A stretch of 64,000 nt of DNA from Paraspadella gotoi (lineage: Eukaryota > Animalia > Chaetognatha), in assembly GCA_051294375.1 (NCBI GenBank), contig CM119270.1, positions 18,535,504 to 18,599,503 on the forward strand, in the 5' to 3' direction. Shown piece by piece: positions 1 through 21,168 of the stretch (positions within the stretch are counted from its first letter, which is position 1; the number at the start of each line of letters is the position of its first letter). Position numbers and translations under genes: made by a program. The notes beneath the pieces are model-generated. The model ran no database searches, was not told the DNA's origin, and was given only the letters and a program-made list of their open reading frames with translations.

Positions 1-299
1 GAGACAGGTTTCAACGGAGATAAGCGTAGATGCAAATAAAAGGTGCATCGGTGTAGAATAAAACAAAAGAACCAGCGCAAAACACATAAGCCATATATCA
101 TCATCTCAAAGTCTCAATTGGGGGGGGGGAGTGTGAAAAGTGGAGAGTGATGGGAAGAGTGAGAGAAGAGGGAGGGGGTTGGTGTAGGGCGTATAGGGAA
201 AGAGGGGGGTACGGGAAAGAGAGGGAAGATAAGTTTAGTTATAAAAAAGTTCCGACGGAACCGCGGAAACTTGGCGCGACGGAGCGCGAAGAAAATAAT

Positions 300-10381
<10,082 letters not shown>

Positions 10382-10430
10382 CTGCCGAGAGTTCGTGCGG
10401 GGAGGGGGGCAGAAAGTGTCCGAAGAGCGG

Positions 10431-10504
10431 GTCACGTGAACATCGTCATAAATCACGTGAACAACCGAACGTCACGCGAACGACCCGTCCGTGGGTCACG
10501 TGGA
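10431..10504. promoter_or_regulatory. Cluster of E-box (TCACGTG; USF/MITF-TFE CLEAR-like) motifs upstream of the first KLC coding exon
   Basis: GTCACGTGAA 10431-10440, ATCACGTGAA 10452-10461, GTCACGCGAA 10471-10480, GTCACGTGGA 10495-10504. Confidence 0.35.
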
Positions 10505-11700
10505 CGGCGTGAAGGCGAAGGGACGGAGAAATCCCCACGGTTGAGGCATATTCAAGATTTTTTTTTTTTTGTTTCACAAAAGAAAACGTGCCGAACAGTA
10601 AAATGTTTTTTTTTCTTTCGTTTTATTTTTATTGAGAGAGAGAGAGAGAGAGAAAGAAATCTGCAATAACGAAATATCGTGAGTAAAAAATGTTATTTTA
10701 TTTTAAAATAAAGTTCTCTCAATAATAAACAGGGTCGAACAGAAGTCAAAAGGCGACGTAAGATTAAGAAGAAAAGAAAGATCGAAGGCGAAAAATGAAA
10801 AATGAGTCGCGGATGGAGAGGGGGGAGCGAGGGACTTTGAAAGGAACATCAGTTGCGGTGGGATGATGTTGAAGCGGGATCGTAACCTTTTTAAGATTAG
10901 GCTTTTTATTTGATTGAAACTTTTCAGTTTACATAAGAAGCATCGTTTAAATATCGAGAATTTATCATTTGAATTCGCGACGAGCGAAGCTACCTGAAAC
11001 TCGAAATTTGAGAAAAAAAAAGCATCGAGGCCGAAATACGAGGCGACGATTCGAAAATGAAAATTTCGAGATTGCATGACAAAGTCTGTGACGTGAGGAA
11101 AGGAGTCGAGAGATTGCGGTGACAGAAAGAGGTTGGGAACCGCAAAGTGAAGTGAAAATTGGGAAAAGTCAAGTGAAAAGAGTTAAAACCGAATCATCGG
11201 TGAAAACGGAAGAAGTCAAAGAGATGAATTCGTGATAAGTTTGACAAGGGTGAAGAGTGAAGACTATATTTTCATTTTAAATATAGCATAATAACATCCG
11301 TAAACAAAAGAATTGCCAATGAAGAAAGACCGAGTGAGGACTGAAGGAATGTCAAATGAAAAATTTTAAAAACGTCGGGAATCAAAATCTTTTAAGCCGA
11401 TGGTTTCGAAAGCAATATAAATCTCAATATTAATCTCACTGGTAATGTTAATTGCAGTCAGACTATGTTCCAGCACAAAAAATATCAAATTAAATAAAAC
11501 ATTTTGCCCAAATCATATTACCAACCGTTCAACGATACATGCATTCATTTTTTTTTAATTAGGTATTTGAAACATTTAACAAATAAAAATAAACAAACAA
11601 AAAAAAAGCTTTGAGTACCTCTTTTATATTTGGAAATTGATTGACTAGTAATTCGTGACCTTCAAGCCAAGAAAACCCTGAGTCGACTTTGGCTTCGAAC

Positions 11701-13161
11701 TCATCCAAAAATCATCGTTGCCGCCGCCAACGCGACCAACCCGAGACAAAAGTAGAAAAGGCCCCATGATTTCTTGAAGCTTTTCTCCATCAAAAACTTG
11801 GCGATCTTGAATTTGCCCTCCGTGTAAGGCGGATAACGAACGCTCATGGTCGGCTCCAACGTTAGGCTCTTGGACAAGACGCTTCTCTTGTGACTGAAGC
11901 AATCGAAGGAGAACCACCCGTGATACATCCCCGTGCCGGAGTGGCCCACGCCGCCGAAAGGCAGCGTCTCCAGAAGGAGATGACTGATGACGTCGTTGAA
12001 GCAGACGCCGCCGGAACTCGTCTCTTGGAGGAACTTATCCTTGACCCGACGATCGTTAGAAAAGCAATAGAGCGCCAAGGGTTTCTCGTTGGCCCTGACG
12101 CGTCGAATCGCTTCCTCGGCGGAGGAGACGTCGATGATCGGCAGAATCGGGCCGAAGATCTCCTCCTTCATGACGGCGTCGTCGTCGGTGACGCCGGTCA
12201 TCACCGTCGGCGCGATGTAGAGATCCTTGCGATCTCTCACCCCGCCCATCGCTACCTTCTTCTGGTCGATGAGCTTGACGACGCGATCGAAGTGTCGTTC
12301 GTTGATCATGCGGGTGTAGTCGTTATGGCTCTGAGCGTCGGCGCCGTAGAATTCCTCCGTCGCTCGCTGGACTTCGGCGACGAACGCCTCGCGGATCTCC
12401 GGCGCGCACATGACGTAATCAGGGCTGACGCAGGTCTGGCCCGAGTTAATAAACTTTCCCCACCCGATGCAGCGGGCCGCTTTGCGGATGTCCACGGTGT
12501 CGTCGACGAAGACGGGGCTCTTGCCACCGAGTTCGAGGACGACGGGGGTGAGGTTCTTCGCCGCCGCCGCCATCACGATCTTCCCAACCATCGAACTTCC
12601 CGTGTAAAAGATGTGGTCGAATCGCTGGGCCAACAACTCCGTCGTCTCCGGAACTCCGCCGCAAACGACGGCGAAACACTGCGAGTCCAAATAAACGGGG
12701 ATCAGCCTGGCGATCAATTCGGCAGTGGCTGGAGACAATTCCGATGGCTTCACGATGGCCACGTTGCCGGCGGCGATGGCACCGACCAAGGGAGCCAAGC
12801 ACAATTGCAGCGGGTAGTTCCAGGCGCCGATGATGAGGCAAACGCCGAAAGGTTGACGCTGGATGAACGCCGTGTCGGTTTTGAAGAGGAGGCCCTTCTC
12901 GACCATTTGGGGTTCCACCCATTTGGGAAGCTCGTTGAAGGCGTGCTTGGCTTCGTTCGCCACGTACATGATCTCCATCATATCCGCTTCGATCGAAGAT
13001 TTGTGCAAATCCTTGAAGAGGGCGTCGAGCCAGAGTTGACGGTTCTCCTCCAGCATCGCCACGAGTCGTTCCAGTTGACGTCGACGAAATTCGAGCGGCT
13101 GGGAGCGACCATCGAGGAAGGAAGCTCGCAGGGTGTTAATGATAGGGTGAGGAGACGACAT
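11701..13161 (-). CDS. ALDH3A2: Aldehyde dehydrogenase family 3 (fatty aldehyde dehydrogenase, ALDH3A2-like), 486 aa, single-exon CDS
   Basis: Motifs IIGAWNYP, FYTGS, catalytic Glu in LELGGKSP, catalytic Cys in GQTCVSPDY, EEIFGP, LPFGGVGHSG and VRYPPY, plus a C-terminal hydrophobic anchor (WGLFYFCLGLVALAAATMIFG). The ATG directly follows an acceptor TCTTTAG|C. Confidence 0.96.
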   Translation of the reverse strand: MSSPHPIINTLRASFLDGRSQPLEFRRRQLERLVAMLEENRQLWLDALFKDLHKSSIEADMMEIMYVANEAKHAFNELPKWVEPQMVEKGLLFKTDTAFIQRQPFGVCLIIGAWNYPLQLCLAPLVGAIAAGNVAIVKPSELSPATAELIARLIPVYLDSQCFAVVCGGVPETTELLAQRFDHIFYTGSSMVGKIVMAAAAKNLTPVVLELGGKSPVFVDDTVDIRKAARCIGWGKFINSGQTCVSPDYVMCAPEIREAFVAEVQRATEEFYGADAQSHNDYTRMINERHFDRVVKLIDQKKVAMGGVRDRKDLYIAPTVMTGVTDDDAVMKEEIFGPILPIIDVSSAEEAIRRVRANEKPLALYCFSNDRRVKDKFLQETSSGGVCFNDVISHLLLETLPFGGVGHSGTGMYHGWFSFDCFSHKRSVLSKSLTLEPTMSVRYPPYTEGKFKIAKFLMEKSFKKSWGLFYFCLGLVALAAATMIFG

Positions 13162-13639
13162 GCTAAAGATGAAATGGGGACAAACCTAATTATAAATAAA
13201 ATTATGCAGAAATATAAGTAAAGAGGAAAAAAAGAACATTTCGGAAAAAAAAAATCAGGGTTCGGAACGATCAACTAAAAAAAAACTTGTCAAATGAAAA
13301 ACCAGTTTTTATTGCTCGTTTATTTTGGATCTTTAAAATCCATTTAAAAAAACCAGTTTATTACTTCGATCGATCCTTCAATCAAACGCAAATCGGTCTT
13401 CAATAAATATTCCAATTTGAGCTTATGTTATTCAGATCTGATGAAGCCCCAATTACAATAAATATGCCTAAATTAAGACAATATTCTCTGCATAATAAAA
13501 ACAAAAAAAAATTGCAATGAGCAGAAGGTGCAAGAGCGAAAAGAAGCGACGAAGACGTTTTTGGCGGTAACGAGTTGCGGCAAAAAAAAAAAAAAAAAAA
13601 AAAAAATAGGTAGAGAGGATAAACGTAACGCAGTGAGAA

Positions 13640-13744
<105 letters not shown>

Positions 13745-15149
13745 AAGGCGACACCCGACCAACTTCGGCGATCGGGTTTAATCTTCACCAATCCTCCCTA
13801 TTCGATCCGATCCGCGTCGAGACCCGCGCCTTCGCTCTCAGCAGCTTTTTCATCTTTTTTTCCTTCATAATGATAACGATTAAAATTAATTACGATGTCC
13901 ATTTTCTGACATTTAGCGATTTTTCCCCCTCGAGTTTTTGATGTGTTGTACCCGCTTTGTCGATGCAGTCGTATCAGTTTTAACGACTGAAATCGCGAAC
14001 TTGATCGAAATGACTCGAATGTAATCAAAATCAAAAAAAGAGAAAACTTCTTTAATCTTCCAGTCATTTCGTTTCCAAATTCGATGATTAAGATTACAAA
14101 TACAAAGTTTTATTCGATCCAACGAGTTTAAGGATCGCGACCTTCGCTCTTGAGTCGCCCAATGGTAAGGCGCCCCGTAGAAACCCCCACCACGAGTACA
14201 TTTATTCGCTAATCGAAGTTCAACCCCCCCACCCCTTTTAAAAATTACACGCGCAGCACTCCTCCCCAACAATTACGCTCTTTCCCCATAAATCCGTCTA
14301 CTTATATCAGCGGGCATCGAAAAAGTGAAAAGACAGCGAAAGAGAGCGAGAGAAAGACAGCGAGCGAGAGTTGAAAAAGGTGGGGTCCGAGAATCGAACC
14401 ACCTGGGTATCCAGGAGAGCCAACTCGGGAATGACGTCAGGGCATTCCGCCCTGGAACACGCAATGGGGCGCATGAAAAATCGAGAGGATGTTTTCGTGT
14501 GTCAGGGTCGAATCCAACTCGCGTGGGTTTTTCTGTCCGGTCAAAAAGAAAGACTCAGTTTTCTTGATCGAGAGGCGAGAGAGAGAGAGAGAGAGACGAT
14601 CTTGTCCAGGCGAAAGCGGAGAGCGAGAGAGAGTGAAGGGCGACGTGGTTGAGTCACTCCGGACGAGGATCGGATCTGGATTGTCTGCGTGTGTAGCCTC
14701 TTCTGCTCTCCAAGAAGAAGAGAAATCCGACGCCGCGTCTGTGGAGTCGAGTTAGGGAAGAGGCCGTCAGAGGCGTCTGGTGTCCGTCTCCGGAGGCGAC
14801 AAAAGAGCAGCGGGGTTAAGGGAGTGCTCGTGGAAACTTGAATATTTGCTGCTTTTCTGCGTTTTATTTTTAAATGTGTATACTCATATTGTTTAAAATT
14901 GTATCTTTAACCTTAATCTTTTTGCTTGTCTCAAATATTAAATATATATTTAATATATTAAATATACTTCCCTTCATCCCTAAGGTAAGTAGTATTAGTA
15001 GTGAGAAGCTAGCTATATTTTTTATGAATGAGAAAACTGGCTGTGTACTGCTTAGATTTATCATGTTAACCGAAAGTTAAGGTTTTTTCACGATAAAAAT
15101 TCTATTGGGTATATCACAAATAAGGCAACATCCTTTTTTTTTGTCACTG

Positions 15150-18100
15150 CTACGATATGGTATTAATAGTACTCCGCGTCTGTGGTTGTTGTGGTTGTAG
15201 TTGTTGTTGTTGTTCGGCGATTTCGTGGATTGAGTCGGTCTCTCGTCGAGCGAGGACCTCCGGCTCAACGCGGACGGGAAACATGAGGACCTGCGACCCC
15301 ATGAAGGAAAGGTCGGGCAACCGCTCTATCAAAGACGCCACTTCCAGGCTGAGATTCGAAGGGGCGGAGGATGGGGTATTCGACCCGGAACCGGCTGGGC
15401 GAGAGGGGATGGTAATGAAATTGATTATGAGAATTCATTTCCAATCAAAACTCGAAAACTCACTGCCAGACGAAGTCGCGGCGGATTTTTGAAGGTTGGC
15501 CAGGAGAGGGTGGAGACCAACCGCGGGTTTGGGGGTAGAAGTGGAGTCAGCACCGAGTTTCGGGGTCTCAGCCTCCAGGGAGTCGGCGGAGGCGGGACCG
15601 AGGATGTCCGCCTCCAAGGCTGAAAGGAAAGTGAGAGAGATCTTGTAAATTAATCGAGATCAATATTCGCATAAATATTCACATCCACACATTCAATTTA
15701 CTCTCATGCGAGCACATTTTCAGATAATCCAAAAGCCGAATAATTCGAGTCACAAAAATAAGAAAAAGGAAAGGTAGAGAAATTGACAACGAAAACGAGG
15801 CGAGTTCAATGATTTTTTTCCCCTTACCTGTAGCATAAGCTCTAGTATTGGGTGAGTCTTTACTGTTGAAAAAATCGAGGTCAAACAGACATGACCCCGC
15901 TGAAGCTGAATGTGCAGTGAAGGGATACAGAGGTAAGAAAAAACAGAAAGTGAAACGATGAGATGTGAACAACAAAAGGGCGTGCCAAGAAGATAATAAG
16001 GCTTCGGTTAACAGCAATCGGATCTTGGTTTTTTTTTTCAAATTTACGACCTCTCATCAATACAGGGGCGGATTCAAGCGATGAGCAATAATACAATTAT
16101 TTTTAAAGAGGGACTTACAATCAAGTGGGTTAAGTAATCCGCTGGTTTTCCAGTCGAATTCAACGGGCGGAATGGAATCCTGGTAAGGAAGAGATACAAA
16201 TATCATTCCACAAATCCTACTCTTTTCTCCAAAAAGGATCCCACCCCCAACTCGCCTTCTTCGGCCGATCCAGCGGTTTGCTGTCGGACGCCTTGCTCAT
16301 CTCCGAAAGGGGTACGCCCACATCGGTGTCGACCAGTGCCGGTGGCGGCGCGACGGGCGGGGACGGCGTCGAGGCGGGCGTGACGGCGGCGGCGGACATG
16401 GAAGGAGGAAGAGAGGGGGGCGTGGTGGAGGTGGAGGATGAGGAGGAGGAGAGGGGAGAGGCGGACGGGACGTCGGACGTGGAACATTGACCAGAGTTTG
16501 GCGAGGGCGACCCTTTGCTCGGCTCCAAAAGGGTCGAACTCAGACTAGAAGCGAAGATGGGGACTTGTTTCTTGTGAAACGAAATCTGGAAGGAAATAAA
16601 ACAGATTTAAATAGACTAAGGAAATCAAATAAAATGGAATCACAACTGACCACGTTGCGCGAATCGACACCGATCGACCAAAAGAGGTGATTCTTCATCG
16701 TCGTTTTGAGCCAATGGTAGGAAAGCGCCAAGGCGGTGTCAATGTCGATCAGCTTGGTCAACACGTCTCGACTGAGGAAATGATGATGAAATTAATGAAG
16801 GAACTGTGGCGGTATATTTACACCACCTCACATCCACCATCGTTCAGCCAATTCTATTGGCTCAGAGGGGGAACGCACCATCCCAAGCGTTATGTTCCTT
16901 CCACAGTCCTTCCCTCTGCGTTGGCAAAGCGAGACCGTCCGAGGGTAACCGTGCCAGTGACAGGAGGGGGTCACTGAGAGTCGGAAGCCCCCAAAGCCAA
17001 CAGTGAGATGCCCCATCCCAATGGGCATCACAGGCAACCCGGCTGTTGCCATAGAACAGTAATTTTACAACTTTGATTTGTAGAGTTCTAATTCATCATT
17101 TTCATCATGTACGTTATCGACCAGCTTTGCTATATTTATATGACTGTACACAAATGAGCACGACAGAAGGAAAAATTAGTAATAAGCCATGCAAGATACA
17201 CATTTCATCCCCCTTTCAATGAAAGGCTTTCATGCAATTTCACTCCCGTCTCACCCGTCCCAGGCATCCCCGGCGCCGCTGTCACCCCTGGGCGACGCCG
17301 GACGAATCTCGGCGTCTGCGGCATCGAAAGGCGTGGATAGGGCGAGGACGTCGGAGTGGGCGGATCCGACGTCGCGGAAGCAATCCTTCATCGCCGACTC
17401 GATCGCCAGGGGCACCGTCGGTGAGAAAGTTTGGGAACACGACTTCTGTCAGGAAGAGATAAGATTAAATAAGCAAATCTACAAATAACATAGCGACGAC
17501 TTAACCGTCTTATACTTATAAAATTATGAACGAACGCACGCTGACACAAGAAAACTTAATTCTTACCGTTGGACCGACTCCGTCTTCAACGTTTGTTCGA
17601 CTCTCGGAAAAGACGGCCCAATTTCCATCGTCGCCGCCTTCGCCGTCATTCCACTGCCAGTCGCCTTCCTTTTTCTTCCTTTCGACATGATCATTTCCAG
17701 AGACGTTCCAAGAGTCTTCTCCGGGCAAACTCGAATCGAAGGCCGCCCAATCGTCATCGGGATCGAGCGGCGTTTGATCTTGGCTCCGCCGTGGCTCCTC
17801 GAACACGTTGTCCTCGTCGTCAATCTCTGCACCTCTGGAGACGGGTTCCGGTGGCGGTGAGCGTGGCTCGGAAACGACGGCAAAATCGGCGAAATCGTCG
17901 TCGTCGTCGTCGTCGTCTTTTCCGAACCTCGTCGGAGGTAGCGGGTCGTGATCGTCGTCTACATCGTCGTCGTCGTCCATTTTAAAATCAACGTCGTCGT
18001 CGACATCGTCCCACGATAACGGCGACGATTTAATCTTTAACTTCAAGGCTTCGAAGTTCGACGCTGAGGAAGTCGCGGAAACGGCGACGGCGTTCGAGCA

Positions 18101-19531
18101 GTTCCAGTTGTCCTCGCCGCGCGACGCCGGGGCGTCTTCGAACGCGGCGAAGTCGTCAAAATCATCGTCGTCCTCCGTTCGTGCGTCCGTCGTCGCCGAA
18201 ACTTCGCCTCCCAACGCGTCGTCGATTTCGCGCAAAATCGCGTCTTCATCAGCAACGATCGGCTCGGTGTCGACGGCTGCGGCTGCGGCTGCGGCAGCGG
18301 CTGCGGCAGAGGCTGCGGCGACCCTGTCGTTCTCGATTTCCGCGCGATCGATTCCAATCAAACATAAAGCATTCTCATCAATCTTTTCACCATTTTCATT
18401 AAGCTTTAAAGAGCGATCCTCGTTTTCGTCTTCCGTCAACTTCATCTCAACTTCAAACTCTTGATCCTCGGCTTCCAGTTGATCGTGAACCAGCTCCTCT
18501 TGTTTCTCTGAAGGATCCTGGTTCTCATTTTGCTCCAGTGGCTGATCATCATGATCTAACAACTCCTCATATGGCTCTTTCTCCTGCGCCACTGCCTCAT
18601 GCGTTGGATCCCCTTGCTCTTCCTCGTTCGCAACCTGCTCCTCCGATGGATGACTTAGATGGAAGATAGCGCCCTCCTCTTCCTCGACGGCGGAAGACGG
18701 AGGACGACGCGCAAGGCAAAGAGTATCGGTTCTGATAGCAATAAAAGGTCACAGTAAATAAAGCTAGTTAATTAATTGATCTATGTAGTATGTACGTACT
18801 GCAACTAAACGTATAAAACTATATCATAAGTCTATAGAAGTACTTGAAATCTTTAAATATTAGAAGCATGCTGCATATTGTCGGCACATTTCTCACCGAC
18901 AATCTTCGACGCAAGGCGCGTTGTCGGGCGAGCCCTCGTCGCTCTTGGCGGCCGGCGACGAGTCGCTGCAAAGTCCCGAGTCCGGAAGCGACGCAACCTC
19001 AAAAGCGGCGCCGACGACACAATCCGGCGCCGTCCCCACCTCGTCCGTCGGCATACGTGAAGAGAGGCTCAAGTTTTTCCTCGACGCCGCGGTCGTCGTC
19101 GTTCGAGCGGAGACCCCGTCGAAGTCGGGAATGGCGGTGAAGGCGGCGGAGATGGGCGGCATGAGCGGCGGAACGGAAGGCGAAGCGGAGGACGGGATCG
19201 CGAGGGGCGTCGTCGTCGTCGTCGTCGTCGTCGTCGGCGGATCGGGAGGAATCGCAGTCGACGTGGAAAAGTCAGCGAATTCGCCAAAGTCGTCATCGTC
19301 GTTGAATGAAGTTTGCGCGTGGATGGGCGGAGGTTCAAACGCGAGGTTTTCCTTATCAGCGACGGGTTCGACGTCATCTATTGCCGCCGCGGACGAGGAG
19401 GGCGCGGGGGGGAGATCGCCGGCGTTACACCCCACCCCTTCTGCGTTTTCCTCTTCCTCCTCCCACTCAAATGTCGAGTCCATCGGGGGCGGGCTGCTCG
19501 AGAGCATAGGGGCGAACCCCGGACCCGCCAT
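15150..19531 (-). CDS. AFTPH: Aftiphilin (AP-1/clathrin accessory protein), ~993 aa, 9 exons
   Basis: Exons 19531-18897, 18731-17567, 17445-17255, 16771-16651, 16585-16256 (GC donor), 16179-16119, 15905-15828, 15619-15464, 15394-15150 join into an open frame. N-terminal MLSSSPPPMD; gamma-ear motifs DDDFGEFADF, DDDWAAF, GNWAVF; C-terminal blocks LSYHW..IGVDSRNV, VPIFASSL..LLEP, PPVEFDWKTSGLLNPLD, FDLDFF, LPDLSFMGSQVLMFP. Confidence 0.92.
16833..17053. ncRNA. Putative structured RNA / repeat element, copy 1 (aftiphilin intron 3)
   Basis: Homologous to 51324-51577 with conserved stems and variable loops. Family and transcribed strand unknown. Confidence 0.45.
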
Positions 19532-21168
19532 GGCAGCGAGAGTAACGAAAGAGAGGACGGGGGGGGGGGAAATCGGGGGTGGTAGAGGACGACGCGAATC
19601 GGCCGAAACTCGAAGAAGTTAACGATTCATGATCTCTGTCGTTTATCCTCGATTGAGCGAGAGATCGAACATTTTCGAACGATCGAATTGTTTTTATTTT
19701 TTTGACAAGGTTTCCTTCTGGAAAAAGGATTCAAATTTCGTGGTAAATTAAAACAAAAAAACATTACGGAATGCATTATTTCGTGATGCAGCGGAAAGAC
19801 TAGAGCCTGATTACGGGGAAAGAAAAGGCACGCTTGTAAAAAAAATTACATCGCTCCACAGAGTTATAAATTATTCCACTCTAATACCGCCGGTGATGTG
19901 TTTAGCGTACATGATTAAAAGTATGGAAAGAGGGCAAGTTAAAAACGGCAGAAAAAACATCTGTGGAATGAAACAGAATTAGTGTGGAGAACTTCAGTAA
20001 GCCAGTGAGGTAAAACGCGTGTAGTATTCAGAAAACCTGAAAAACCAAATTCGTACCGAAGCAACATTTCACAATCCGAAAACAGCGGTGCACCGAAACC
20101 GTGATCCAAAATGATAGTCAATCGCGAAAACGTGACAGATTAGTACAAAGTAGAAAAACGACTTTTTGTTACAAATGTCTCCGGTTATAATGAGTTAAAA
20201 TTGATGAGAGCTTTAAAGAGTGTAAAGGTATAACAATTTCAAAGCATTTCTCTGGATTTACTGGACGCAGAAAGTTAATATAAACACGTGATGGTTATAC
20301 CTATTGCACATATCGCCTTTAAAAAATTACTGAGAGGGGAAAAGGAATGTGTCAGACGAGAAAAACAGACCTAACGAGTTTAAAAGCTAAAACAGCGACA
20401 GCCAAAATATTATAAATTATAATTAATATTTAGTAATGGTAAAAAGTCAATTAAAGTTTGTTTTTTTTATGCCAAAAAATTTTTTCATTCTTTTTTCAGA
20501 AACGGACGTTTTTTGAAGAACTTGTGCTGTAGGACTTAACAAATGATAACAAATGGAAAAATGAGAAAAAAAAAAAAGATATAAAAGCAAATAATATGCT
20601 GATATCAGATACTATACATCAAATTTCTAGCTCATGTAGAAAGCTGCGGAAAAACAAATCAAAGTATTCACATAGAAATTTGTAATCAATGTAAAAGCGT
20701 TTCCATGGTTAATTGGTTATTGTTTAAGCGCACTTTTGAATGTACGAATCAGAAGAAAAACAACTCACGCCACCAAAACGAAATAAATATACATTTAGAT
20801 AAAGAGTTTAAATGCGTTGTTTAAGACAACAACAGCCGCTAAAACTGATAATGCTGCAGCTTTTTTAAAATAACTTTTCTGATTAAACATGATTGGAAAA
20901 ATAATTCAGACAGCTATGAGGCAGCAAGCTGAACAATAGCAAGAACAACTTTATAGCCGCACATGTCTTAAAACATACAGCTCAACGACGAACAAAACAA
21001 AATTAGTGGTCAGTAACTATGAACCCAAAGGGGAGATCTAAAAATATCTATTTCAAAGGTTTTAATGAAATTGAAAAGGCACTGTGTTAATTAAAAGGGA
21101 AAGGGGCTCGGAAAGAGATGTATTCACGGGGAGACGCAAAGGAGTCGTGTGGCGGAATAAAACAAAGA

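Noticed and set aside
11890-13221. 443-aa plus-strand ORF
   Set aside because: Antisense shadow of the GC3-rich ALDH3 CDS; no recognisable domain.
16833-17060. Interpretation of the structured element as an intronic H/ACA or C/D snoRNA, RNase P/MRP, or HDV/twister ribozyme
   Set aside because: No ANANNA hinge, terminal C/D boxes, P4 consensus or complete ribozyme core shared by both copies could be found by eye.
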